A DNA stretch of 64,000 bases, from the NCBI RefSeq assembly GCF_050469745.1, contig NZ_CP174123.1, positions 1-64,000 of the forward strand. Direction: 5' to 3'. How positions within the stretch are numbered: position 1 is the stretch's first letter; every line of letters begins with the position of its first letter. Shown here piece by piece: positions 42,491 to 52,323 of the stretch. The position numbers and the translations under genes are program-made. Under the pieces are notes generated by a model. That model searched no databases. It was not told the origin of the DNA and saw only the letters and a program-made list of their open reading frames with translations. Source of the DNA: Providencia lanzhouensis. Its GTDB lineage: Bacteria; Pseudomonadota; Gammaproteobacteria; Enterobacterales; Enterobacteriaceae.

Positions 42491-42988
42491 ATGCGCGATC
42501 TGTTGAAGGTGGTTCTAAGCCTCGTACTTGCGATGGCATCGGGGCAGGCACTTGCTGACCTGCCAATTGTTTTAGTGGATGAAGCTCGTCTTCCCTATGA
42601 CTACTCCCCATCCAACTACGACATTTCTCCAAGCAACTACGACAACTCCATAAGCAATTACGACAATAGTCCATCAAATTACGACAACTCTGAGAGCAAC
42701 TACGATAATAGTTCATCCAATTACGACAATAGTCGCAACGGAAATCGTAGGCTTATATATAGCGCAAATGGGTCTCGCACTTTCGCCGGCTACTACGTCA
42801 TTGCCAACAATGGGACAACGAACTTCTTTTCCACATCTGGCAAAAGGATGTTCTACACCCCAAAAGGGGGGCGCGGCGTCTATGGCGGCAAAGATGGGAG
42901 CTTCTGCGGGGCATTGGTCGTCATAAATGGCCAATTTTCGCTTGCCCTGACAGATAACGGCCTGAAGATCATGTATCTAAGCAACTAG
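42491..42988 (+). CDS. ybeA: Tn7 orfX (ybeA) cassette ORF: signal-peptide protein with seven tandem [SP]SNYDN heptad repeats
   Basis: 165 aa with signal peptide MRDLLKVVLSLVLAMASGQALA, then SPSNYDISPSNYDNSISNYDNSPSNYDNSESNYDNSSSNYDNS. It is followed by CTAATAAAATGTTAGGC, the same 17-mer that ends attI2. Confidence 0.8.
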   Translation: MRDLLKVVLSLVLAMASGQALADLPIVLVDEARLPYDYSPSNYDISPSNYDNSISNYDNSPSNYDNSESNYDNSSSNYDNSRNGNRRLIYSANGSRTFAGYYVIANNGTTNFFSTSGKRMFYTPKGGRGVYGGKDGSFCGALVVINGQFSLALTDNGLKIMYLSN

Positions 42989-43048
42989 CCTGCTCTCTAA
43001 TAAAATGTTAGGCCTCAACATCTAGTCGCAAGCTGAGGGGAACCACTA

Positions 43049-43420
43049 GTGTCATACGAACCTCCAAGAGACGGTTACACAAACGGGTACATTGTTGATG
43101 TCATGTATGACAATCGCCCAAGTAAGTATCCAGCTGTGTTCAGAACGTACGTCCGAATTCCAGACTATGTCGAACTAGATAACGCGGAGGAGCTGGCCGA
43201 CGCAATCATTCGAGAGGTTGAGTTAAAGGAGGCATGGCTCACAAGGGTCTTGGGGAACTCAGCCGATCCTGACGCTTCTGTGGGCAAGTGGGACCGGCGC
43301 CTAGCGCAGTGCGGTGGTATTGATGAGATGTCAAGTGGGGTGCAGGCAACATACTTCAGTCCAAACGGTCAGCTGGTCGGCTTAGTGGCATACATTGATG
43401 CCGAATGGATGGATGAATAG
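43049..43420 (+). CDS. ybfA: Tn7 hypothetical protein YbfA
   Basis: 123-aa ORF at the position of ybfA in the Tn7 variable region. Confidence 0.7.
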   Translation: MSYEPPRDGYTNGYIVDVMYDNRPSKYPAVFRTYVRIPDYVELDNAEELADAIIREVELKEAWLTRVLGNSADPDASVGKWDRRLAQCGGIDEMSSGVQATYFSPNGQLVGLVAYIDAEWMDE

Positions 43421-43452
43421 CTCTGACGTTACGATTCAGGTGAGACAACCAG

Positions 43453-43776
43453 ATGGGCATTGCGTACAAGCTCAGTTGCCACCGATGTGGCTACGAGTCT
43501 GATCTTCTTTACCTAGGCCAAGGTATGGCGATGCTTCCTGAGCAAATAGTCGGAACGTGCACATGCTGCGACAATCTAACGACGATTTCTATAAATGAAA
43601 GCTACGGAGTATGCTCACTTTGTGGGGCTAAGGATCGTGTGATATTTACAAGCTATCAGCATGAGGCAAGGCCAAGAAATCCCTGCTATCTAGAGAGAAG
43701 TTTCAAATATCAATGCCCAAGATGCCATGCCTTCAGTATGGAGCCTCCGGATCTACCGGAGATGCTTTGGGACTAA
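43453..43776 (+). CDS. ybfB: Tn7 hypothetical protein YbfB (Cys-rich, probable zinc ribbons)
   Basis: 107 aa with CxxC…CxC and C…CxxC pairs (CHRCGYES…CTCCDNL…CSLCGAKD…CPRCHAF). Confidence 0.7.
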   Translation: MGIAYKLSCHRCGYESDLLYLGQGMAMLPEQIVGTCTCCDNLTTISINESYGVCSLCGAKDRVIFTSYQHEARPRNPCYLERSFKYQCPRCHAFSMEPPDLPEMLWD

Positions 43777-43829
43777 TGCTCCGCTTTGCCTCGGGTATCC
43801 GTTCGACCTATGTTTAAGAGGAAACGCAC

Positions 43830-44207
43830 GTGTCTGCCGCCAAAGCTCTTGCCTATGCACTTTGTGACAAGTTGGAAAGCAAAAAAGTTGATGAAGTCGT
43901 ACGAAATCTTGTTTCTAGCGGCTGGAATATTAGGGAAGTGGCCTGGGAAGCTTCGTCCTTTGATCATGAAATGCCCTACTTTGACACGGGGCGGGACTTC
44001 GATATTGGATTTCCTGACACGCTGTCATCCAAGATTGAGTTTTTGACCGCGAATGGATCAATCGTCCAAGCACGTGCTCGCCTGCACTTCAAGCAGGCTC
44101 TAATTTTTGCCAAGGCGTCCAAACATGTCGCCGCGCTCAAGAACTCATTGGATTACTACTATGGATCGTCTGTAATCCCCCCTCAAAACCACGGAGGCTA
44201 TTTGTAG
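43830..44207 (+). CDS. ybgA: Tn7 hypothetical protein YbgA
   Basis: 125-aa ORF in the canonical Tn7 position between ybfB and tnsE. Confidence 0.7.
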   Translation: MSAAKALAYALCDKLESKKVDEVVRNLVSSGWNIREVAWEASSFDHEMPYFDTGRDFDIGFPDTLSSKIEFLTANGSIVQARARLHFKQALIFAKASKHVAALKNSLDYYYGSSVIPPQNHGGYL

Positions 44208-44221
44208 AAAATTCCATTAAT

Positions 44222-44382
44222 ATGAACTCAAGGTGTTCCCTACGGACGAATCAGCGATGAAGGTGGTGTACCTGGCTATCCAGGCGGCGACCAAGAAATG
44301 GACGATGCCGATCCGCAACTGGAAGCCGGCCATGAACCGTTTTATGATCGAATTTGGTGACCGTTTAAATGGCCACCTTTAA
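44222..44382 (+). pseudogene. C-terminal remnant (~53 codons) of an IS256-family (mutator) transposase
   Basis: The frame translates to LKVFPTDESAMKVVYLAIQAATKKWTMPIRNWKPAMNRFMIEFGDRLNGHL*, the conserved C-terminus of IS256-family transposases. It has no N-terminal part and no start codon. Confidence 0.7.
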
Positions 44383-44437
44383 CTGACCGGCAAAAGCACT
44401 TACACAAAAGGGTTTACAGGCTCTTTCAGTCATTCCT

Positions 44438-46054
44438 TTAATGCGTAAATTGCTCTCTAACCACTCTCTCAGCCCACCCTTCCATATCCTCTCTCGATAC
44501 TTGCAGCTCCCCCAACCCCTTTGGATGATTCACCCCTCTATGCCCGTCTTGTCCATATAATTGATCAAACAAACTATTTGGCCAATTCAATGAGCTCTTC
44601 ACCACTCCACGCCGTATCTTTTCAAAATCATTCCGCCATGTTTCGCTATCAACGCCACTCAACACTTTGGTAGAAAGCATTTTCACCCCATCCGATGCAT
44701 CCACCTCTAGCAATACAAATTCACTGCCATTACGTTGCACCCCAACGGCTTTAATCACTCTTGGTGAGCCATCTTTACACAGATGTAATCGGCTACGCCC
44801 AACTTTTGGCAAAACCAAGGTTTCTTCAAAAAGCACCCGACATGCAAATTTAGTTTTTAGAATTGAAAGTAGCTCATCAAAAGCAGCAAATCGATTAGCA
44901 AAAATAGAGTTGTAATTGGTTGCATCCTGCTTCCCACCCACATCTGCCGCTGCTAGGACACCACCTAAGTGTGGCTCATCAGTACTAACCAAATTACTAT
45001 TTTCACTTGTTGTTGCTTCTTCTTTTTCTAAAATAGTTTGGCTACTTTTTCTTGCCCTGCGAGATTTTTCAATTCGACTAGGTCTACTAAAACTTATCCA
45101 TGTCGGCTCAGCCTCTATGACTCGTGTGTCTGTGTCTATATTGGCTGTTTCCTCATCGTCCAACTGTAGATGCTCATCATCAACAACTGACTCTGTTGAA
45201 ACCGCTATGTGCTGCGTACTACCATCACCTGCCTCCTTTTCCTGAAAAGAGGCATGGCTAATAGCTGTTGTGCTAGGAAGCATAGCGTTGATTTCTAAAC
45301 CTACTATTTCCTCAACTAAATAATCCTTATCCTCGTTAGAAGAACGTCCTTTTACATGTAATTTCCAACCCTGCATGGGCGGAGGGTCAAAGCTAAAGCA
45401 CCAGCTTTCAACGCCGTTCTTAATTTCTCTATTTTGTTGATAGTGCCTAAAAATACTTTCATACGAATCCATAACATCTTGATCCGAAAACAACCAAACC
45501 AAAAGCTGCACTACGGCCGACTGCTCTAACGCCCCTTTAGGAAACGATGAACTGGGTAAGATCCTTATCTCTAAATGATCTCGCTCAACCTCATACTGAA
45601 CGTCGAACTCTTGCTGTAAAGCGGTACTGCTCAAACAGCTTCGACAGAAATAGGAGTTAATTAAAAATAATGACCGAGCTAGCTCTAACTGTGGGATGTG
45701 ATAACGAGTCTTGCTATATGGTGTTTCAGCTTCGTAAATAAATGAACTCTGCGCTCCATCCTTGTTGCGTACGGAAGCAAAGGACGAGAGATTAGGAAAA
45801 TCGATTATTTTGGCTCGTTGAAGATCCGATGCTTCAAACTCAATCACACGATCCGCCTTATTTATTTGCTTTGTTGTACTGTTAACCACCTTAGCTCGAC
45901 TTAATAAAGGCAAATGAGTAAATCGAGTCCATTTCCGTTCTTGCATTGGATTAAACCAAACAAAAATACGCCACTCCTTATGACCCGAGTTACGGAATAA
46001 ATGACCAATATGTACAACCTGCACATTGTCATTAAATGTAGCTAGCCTAACCAC
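44438..46054 (-). CDS. tnsE: Tn7 target-selection protein TnsE
   Basis: 538 aa (Tn7 TnsE is 538 aa), directly downstream of tnsD with a 0-nt gap. Confidence 0.9.
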   Translation of the reverse strand: MVRLATFNDNVQVVHIGHLFRNSGHKEWRIFVWFNPMQERKWTRFTHLPLLSRAKVVNSTTKQINKADRVIEFEASDLQRAKIIDFPNLSSFASVRNKDGAQSSFIYEAETPYSKTRYHIPQLELARSLFLINSYFCRSCLSSTALQQEFDVQYEVERDHLEIRILPSSSFPKGALEQSAVVQLLVWLFSDQDVMDSYESIFRHYQQNREIKNGVESWCFSFDPPPMQGWKLHVKGRSSNEDKDYLVEEIVGLEINAMLPSTTAISHASFQEKEAGDGSTQHIAVSTESVVDDEHLQLDDEETANIDTDTRVIEAEPTWISFSRPSRIEKSRRARKSSQTILEKEEATTSENSNLVSTDEPHLGGVLAAADVGGKQDATNYNSIFANRFAAFDELLSILKTKFACRVLFEETLVLPKVGRSRLHLCKDGSPRVIKAVGVQRNGSEFVLLEVDASDGVKMLSTKVLSGVDSETWRNDFEKIRRGVVKSSLNWPNSLFDQLYGQDGHRGVNHPKGLGELQVSREDMEGWAERVVREQFTH

Positions 46055-47581
46055 TCACTCTTCCCCATAAACCATTTCCAAGAATCTTTGTGCTTCCTCA
46101 GTTATCCGCTCTTTAGATAACGTTGCACTTCTTAATAATCGCCAGCGCCTAAGCTCAACATCTTCCTGTTTAAGCTTAATAAAAGCTTGGCTAATCCGTC
46201 TAATTTGATAATCTTCCACACTCTCTGAGTAACGCTTTAAGCAAAGCGCTACCAAAGGCAGTTTCTGTAGATTTTTTGCAAGAGAGGTTCCGTTAGGAGT
46301 TTGCTTTAACAGCCAGCTCGATGTCGCTCTTGGGTGATCAAGGCTACTATCTAGACGCTTTATGATTCTTAATAGTTGTCGTACAGCAATTCGATCTCTT
46401 TGGTTCCAATCAACTCTAGGGGCGGGTGCCAGACGCTCTTGTTGATGCTGTTGATTCCAGTGAACTAGCCAATCCCTGTCATGTCGGTAAAGCCAAGCGT
46501 ATAGCACCCCACCCTCTAAAGACTGTCTTGCCGCCTTAATTCCTTGGTATTTATGCACTAGTTGCTGCCAGTCTTTATGCTTAACAGATAAATCTTCAGA
46601 GTTAGGTTGCACAGACTGGCTAACAGGTCTTGTCGTTATAGAGTGCTCAGTAAGAGCACTTGCCTGCTGTAGCGCTTCTATAACCGTTAGTTTTGGCAAT
46701 AAGGCTTGCCACACAATACTATGCTGTAAATAACTAAAGGCTTTTCTATGCTTACGGAATATACTTTTCAGCCAACACGTGTCCTTGTTCTCTGCCAACT
46801 TTAAATCCAGTTTCTCTAGTGCCTCATCACTAAAAGTCTGCCTCACTCTCTCCGCCACCAAGTCATGACGAATGTGCTTGCTTTTGGTTAGCCCTAGATC
46901 CTGCGCTAAGCGCTGATAAAACAGCGTCCACTGCTCAAGGCTTGGGGAAAGCTCTTGCGCTCGTGGAGCATCTAACAGAGGGGCTATATAAGCAGCTAGT
47001 GCTGTTAATTGAGATAGGGAGTCTTTGGGGTAGTCTGAAAGCAGCTCAGTATGACCCAAAGCCCAAAATTGATGTCGGTGATCATCTACAGCTCTATCAA
47101 AGAAGACTAAAGCACCGTGTTTTGGACAATATGGCAAAGCGGGCAAATACCAATCTCGTTGCCAAAAGGCTTCCCCATACCTATTTAGCTGAAGAGCAAC
47201 GCAATCAGGGCAGTATCTAAAGCGGTTATCGCTCTTAACTCTAGAAGCAGCGACTCCTAGCATTAAATGCACCGCACCTTGCGCTTGGTACTCCATTAAC
47301 CGAATAGCTTCGTCTCGGCGCTCCTTGCCTACAAACGGAGCATATAAAGGGAATAAGGTATGCTCATAAATAAGCTGCTGAACAGCGTAACGTCCTGTTT
47401 GATGTAGATGTCTTGCTATCACACCTAAATGCGAGGGCAGACCTAAGGTAGCGACCACCTTGCGGTTGCCATACACCTCATCCAACAGCTGCTTAGGACT
47501 AACAATCCCTTGATAAACGCCTGCCCGTGCAATAGTGCTATAAATCAGCTCATTCGAGTACGGAACAGGAAAGTTTCTCAT
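46055..47581 (-). CDS. tnsD: Tn7 attTn7/glmS-recognising target selector TnsD
   Basis: 508 aa (TnsD is 508 aa) with an N-terminal Cys/His zinc-finger region (CPDC…CPKHG). Confidence 0.92.
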   Translation of the reverse strand: MRNFPVPYSNELIYSTIARAGVYQGIVSPKQLLDEVYGNRKVVATLGLPSHLGVIARHLHQTGRYAVQQLIYEHTLFPLYAPFVGKERRDEAIRLMEYQAQGAVHLMLGVAASRVKSDNRFRYCPDCVALQLNRYGEAFWQRDWYLPALPYCPKHGALVFFDRAVDDHRHQFWALGHTELLSDYPKDSLSQLTALAAYIAPLLDAPRAQELSPSLEQWTLFYQRLAQDLGLTKSKHIRHDLVAERVRQTFSDEALEKLDLKLAENKDTCWLKSIFRKHRKAFSYLQHSIVWQALLPKLTVIEALQQASALTEHSITTRPVSQSVQPNSEDLSVKHKDWQQLVHKYQGIKAARQSLEGGVLYAWLYRHDRDWLVHWNQQHQQERLAPAPRVDWNQRDRIAVRQLLRIIKRLDSSLDHPRATSSWLLKQTPNGTSLAKNLQKLPLVALCLKRYSESVEDYQIRRISQAFIKLKQEDVELRRWRLLRSATLSKERITEEAQRFLEMVYGEE

Positions 47582-47583
47582 GG

Positions 47584-49251
47584 CTAACCTGCTTGTTTAA
47601 ATAAGCTCGCCATATCCACTATTACCCCTTTCCCTTTTAACCGTTCATGCATGGTTTTTTCAGGTTGGCGTTGTGAATAGATATAACGTAAATCCGTATC
47701 AGGTAAGCTATCCCAGTCGCTGGGCTTGACTACCTTTATAGCCGAAACCTTTTTACTCTTGGAGGGCTTTTCTAGTTCTGACACTACCGTTTCGCCTTCC
47801 ATCAACCACTGCAAAACAAGAGGCAGTAACTTTTGTCTTGTCATCGTTGGATTCTGGCTAAACGCTTTTTTAATAGTGGGAATTAACAGGCTTGAATCGT
47901 AATCCTCTTTCAGCATCAGATATAAATGACGCTGATCTTCGGTATCTAACTCTTGAAGGGCTTTTTCTTCTGGTGTTTGTTCTTGTATCGCTGCGATATC
48001 TAGCTGAAGTTGGATTAACCGTTTATCAATCTCGGGAACGACTAGATCAGAATAACGAGCAATGCGTTCTGGGATACCCGAGCGTAATGCCTCTAGCATG
48101 GGGTGCACAGGCTTTAACTCATCTTGATACACTTGCCGCAATAAACCAGCGGTAATACGCTCATTGCCTAAAGCTAGCGCACGGAGCTGAGCGAGTACAA
48201 AAAGTTTTACTACAATGTCCATCACTCCTTGGCTTAGCTCATACCACACATCACGGACCTCATCCGATAACAGCGCATCTTTGCGTTGTAAAAGCTGTAA
48301 TTGCCAAAGATTATCCGTAAAAGCGATCCACTCTTGATTGGGCTTTCCACGTTGCGTTTGTTGTATAGGATCCCAGAATATAGCTCCAAACCCTGCCCCT
48401 CTACGTGCAGACCGCAAATCAGCCTCAAAAATCTCTCGTGCTTTAGGGGTACCAATCAACATCACTGGTACGCCAATAATATTCACCATCGTCACAAAAA
48501 AGTTCAGCATCTCTTGAGATCCACCCGAACGAGAGCGGCTTAAATGCTGAATTTCATCAATAACCAACAACCCTAAAGCATGTGCATTGGCTATTTGCGA
48601 CATCAAAGCCAACATGGTTTCTATACCATGACGTTTTAAGCCATAACGACGCTCATAGTTCGAGCCCAAGGCTCGATCCAACGCTCTGAAAAAATTCAAG
48701 CAGATTTCTTTTAGCGAACCATTATGCGAGCAGTCTATTTTCAAATACACCACCTGCTCTACATTGAGTTCACGATGGTAAATCACCTGAGGATACGTGG
48801 CTAGAATACGATGAAGAGAGGTCGTCTTCCCACTACCAGAACAACCAATTAACAATAAGCTTTGTGCCGTAGATCGTGCCTCCTCAAAGCGAAATGTCTC
48901 CAACTCTCCCGTTTGAACACGCTCATAACCATTTTGTAAATGCTTTTGTAAATCTCCTGTTTTAGGATTTCTGCCTACGTAGCCACCTCGAATCATGACC
49001 GAAATACGCTCACTTAGTAGCAAATGCGTACCTAATGGCTGAAAATAGTCATCTGGAATACGACAAATGGTATGAGCTCTGATAACACGGGACTTTTGCA
49101 AGTCAGAGGAAGTAAGCTGTAAAGAGGATTTCAGTGATGCAGCACTATTCACTGACTCTTGTAATGGTGGTAAGGCCTCGATAAAAGGATTATCACGATA
49201 AGCCTCTACCCCCGTATCACGATAAACTGCTTGAATCCGGGTAGCACTCAT
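47584..49251 (-). CDS. tnsC: Tn7 AAA+ regulator TnsC
   Basis: 555 aa with Walker [10 protein letters not shown] and Walker B LLVIDEIQ. Confidence 0.93.
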
Positions 49252-51356
49252 GACTCATCCTTTTCTGGTGGATCCTGAAATAATTCAGGCACGTATGTGG
49301 GTAGGCTGTAATCTTCTTGATCATCCGCTTCCACTGCGTTGAAAGGAATAACTTTAGCCTCATCACCTGAAGAGCTTGGCTTCAAATGCTCCGCACGTTT
49401 TTTACGCTCCGAGGTCACGGCTTCTTTTTTATTAGTTTTAATCTGCTTAATGCGTGTTGATTTGGGCTCAGTAGTACTGGGCGTTAACTTATTCGCTTTC
49501 TGAATGGTTTGCTGAATAAACGCCTCAAGCTCCCTGCGTTTAGTTAACTCATCCTGCTTCGCATTGGCTTTATTGTGTTTTTCTTGTGCTTGTATATCCC
49601 AAACCTCCCAAAATGAGAGACCTTTAAACTGCCGACTACGTTCCGTCAGATTACAGCGCCAAAATACACGGCTGCCAACTTGCGGAAACAAATAAATCGT
49701 ATCAACCAGCACTGGGTCATAAGCCGCTTCTAAATGTTGAGGTCTAGCTATATCAGTGCTCCGCTGCAACCAACCCTCACGCAGAATCTCTGACCCCGAG
49801 TAATACAAACCCCACAAATTAACGCCAAATGAAGAAATAGAGACCTTTCGGCGAGGCAGTAACGCTACTCGCAACTGCTCTTGCTCCACAGCCCTTAAAC
49901 TACCTGTACGATGCTGCATACCCCATTGCCATAGCTGGACAGGAATAGACGGTAAATCTGTAGGAAAATCAGCATCTCGATCGTATTTATCCATCACCAG
50001 ATGGTTATTTCTGAATAAGATCGTACGCAAAATAATTTGTGTGAACTCAAATACCGACAGAGATGCATCTAACCTATAGTCTGTTTCACCATGGCTTTTG
50101 ATCCGACTGCCCTCTACAATGCCAGGTGCAAAGGACTTAAACTCGGCTTGTAGTGTTCTAAAAGTGCTTTCCACTATGCCTTTAGCATCGCCACGTCTAG
50201 GTGGAGCACTTTCCACTCGCACATTAAAACTAGAAACTAAGGCTTCGACCTGATGACTCATTAATTCGCCACGGTCCGCTAGCAACACATCTGGCAAACC
50301 TACACACGGCCAGTCTGAGCTACTAATCTCAATATCATGCTGGGCACAAATGGCCGTTTTGTCAGAGCAAGCATTTACAAAAGCCTGCATCGCCACCACA
50401 TAAGACGGATTTTCAAAGCCGATATAAAAGCCCGTGATCATCCGACTAAACACATCAATCACAATGTAAAGCGTTGGTCTTCCTATGATTTTTTGGCGAT
50501 CATGATGATCCACTAAATAAATATCAGCAATCGTGGCATCAATCTCATAACGACTCCCAGGGCCTAACGCCTGAGAAGTGGCTGTACTACTTAAGGGTCG
50601 TACGTCTTTTTTATATACCCCTGCTTTAACTCTAGACTTTAAGCGCTGAGCTTTAGGGTATTCTCGATCATAAAAATAACGAAACTGACGTAGTGTTGGG
50701 TAATCCTCTTGGGGAATGCGAGGAAAATACTGAGCAAACAAGTCCACAAATCGTCTATAGGCAACGGTGGTCTTTGTACCTTTTTGATTTAACAGGTGCT
50801 TTTCTATGGTCAACCTAAAAAGGCGTTCAATCTCGGGCGTTACCTTGGTTCCTTCACCCTTACCATATTCTCTGGCTCGGCCAATCTTTGCTGTTCCTGT
50901 CGCTGAACGTCTTTCCCCTGGTGCTCCGCTGTTTTTGTAGTCAGGAATTAATGCATTAGGCGTTTGACCACGCTGCCAGTAACGGCGTAACAACTTATAA
51001 ACTGTAGCCTTAGTAACCTTATGTTCTTGGACCACATGCTCAACGAGTTCGCTTCTGACTTTAGGGTCGAAACGATCCTTACTATTAATAATAGGAAGAA
51101 TTTTTCGATAATCCTCCTCGCGCTTCTGGAAGCTGACAGAATCTACAGACGGCTCTTCTAAATCAAGATGTACATAAGGGTCATCAGTTCTAACTAAGCG
51201 GCCTTCATCTAAATACTGCATTAGCAACAACTCAGCCCTAGCTTGTGGAACTCCTTTATCAGCGCTTATTTGCATCCAGACAACTTGGCCATCCTCTATA
51301 GCCAAAATGCGATACGGATCATTATCAAATAGCACAACCTCATTAATTTGCCACAT
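49248..51356 (-). CDS. tnsB: Tn7 transposase TnsB (DDE/RNase H-fold, binds the 22-bp end repeats)
   Basis: 702 aa (TnsB is 702 aa); overlaps tnsC by 4 nt and tnsA by 14 nt, as in Tn7. Confidence 0.93.
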
Positions 51357-52164
51357 AGCGCAACTCCTCCATATTCACTACTTGGCTAATACAGAGATCT
51401 GCACACTTATTTGCCCTGAAAGACTTATAAATATTGAACTTAATAAAACCATTTGCGGTTAAGGCTCGTATCTCACTCAATGTTTTGCCTAACTCCAAAT
51501 CATAAGCAATATCAACCTGCTTACAGACATTGATAATGTTTTCATCTCCTTTTTCTTGCAGGATATGGGCCAATGGGGATAGTTGTGCTAAAAGCTCCGC
51601 AGAAACTTCTTCTGTTTTCACTGAATAAAGCCATTCAATATTTTCTTTTACTACGGGATTTATTTCTTTATCAGTAAAAATGAACCAAGGAATTTGCTTT
51701 TGCTGCCAATAGCGACGCTCTAGTTCTAGTTTTTCTAAGGTACGCTCGTCTTGTAAGGCTGCTGCAGGTTTGACTTGAATAGCAAACTGCTCAAAAGGAC
51801 CATCTTTGCAGTCCACTAAAAAATCAGTAGACATAACCTGATCTACACCACGAATAACAGGATGCTTAATACCACTATCTATTGCAATCTGCCTGGTATC
51901 ACTAGGTAATAAGGGGAACTGCTCGCGTATATCTAGCACGCTGCTCTCCCACTCAAGACTGAGAAAAACAGCAAGCTCTAAGTCAGATAGCAAATGATGG
52001 ACTCGTCCCGTCTTATGAGAATAAATACGGTGGGAACGACCTGAAGAAGGAACTTCTTGTACTGTTAGCCATGGAATATAGTCTTTACCATGCCCTTGGC
52101 CACGCCCCTCTTTAATACGACGGGCAATTTGCACTTCAGAAAATGAAGAGTTTGCTTTAGCCAT
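51343..52164 (-). CDS. tnsA: Tn7 endonuclease TnsA
   Basis: 273 aa: MAKANSSFSEVQIARRIKEGRGQGHGKDYIPWLTVQEVPSSGRSHRIYS…, the Tn7 TnsA sequence as recalled. Confidence 0.95.
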   Translation of the reverse strand: MAKANSSFSEVQIARRIKEGRGQGHGKDYIPWLTVQEVPSSGRSHRIYSHKTGRVHHLLSDLELAVFLSLEWESSVLDIREQFPLLPSDTRQIAIDSGIKHPVIRGVDQVMSTDFLVDCKDGPFEQFAIQVKPAAALQDERTLEKLELERRYWQQKQIPWFIFTDKEINPVVKENIEWLYSVKTEEVSAELLAQLSPLAHILQEKGDENIINVCKQVDIAYDLELGKTLSEIRALTANGFIKFNIYKSFRANKCADLCISQVVNMEELRYVAN

Positions 52165-52198
52165 AACAAAAGTCCAGTATGCTTTTTCACAGCATAAC

Positions 52199-52298
52199 TG
52201 GACTGATTTCAGTTTACAACTATTCTGTCTAGTTTAAGACTTTATTGTCATAGTTTAGATCTATTTTGTTCAGTTTAAGACTTTATTGTCCGCCCACA
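52199..52298. repeat. Tn7-R end with contiguous TnsB-binding repeats
   Basis: …CAGTTTACAACTATTCTGTCTAGTTTAAGACTTTATTGTCATAGTTTAGATCTATTTTGTTCAGTTTAAGACTTTATTGTCCGCCCACA ends at 52298. GCTGG follows. Confidence 0.9.
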
Positions 52299-52323
52299 GC
52301 TGGATTTTTAAATCAGAACGAGA

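Larger units (their letters stand above)
38809..52298 (-). mobile_element. Complete Tn7 transposon inserted at attTn7 downstream of glmS
   Basis: The termini are TGTGGGCGGACAAAATAGTTGGGAACTGGGAGG (Tn7-L) and …AAGACTTTATTGTCCGCCCACA (Tn7-R). tnsABCDE have exactly the Tn7 protein lengths (273/702/555/508/538 aa), and the class 2 integron is present. At 13,490 bp it equals my recollection of Tn7 (14,067 bp) minus the 577-bp dfrA1 cassette. Confidence 0.95.

Noticed and set aside
42600-42735. SNYDN heptad repeat region of orfX as a novel repeat protein
   Set aside because: This is the known Tn7 orfX (ybeA) cassette product. It is noted as a feature but is not novel.
44667-45245. Two +-strand ORFs (82 and 109 aa) antisense to tnsE, and similar ORFs antisense to tnsD/tnsC/tnsB and glmS/glmU
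   Set aside because: These are shadow ORFs within known Tn7 and housekeeping genes; they need no independent coding function.
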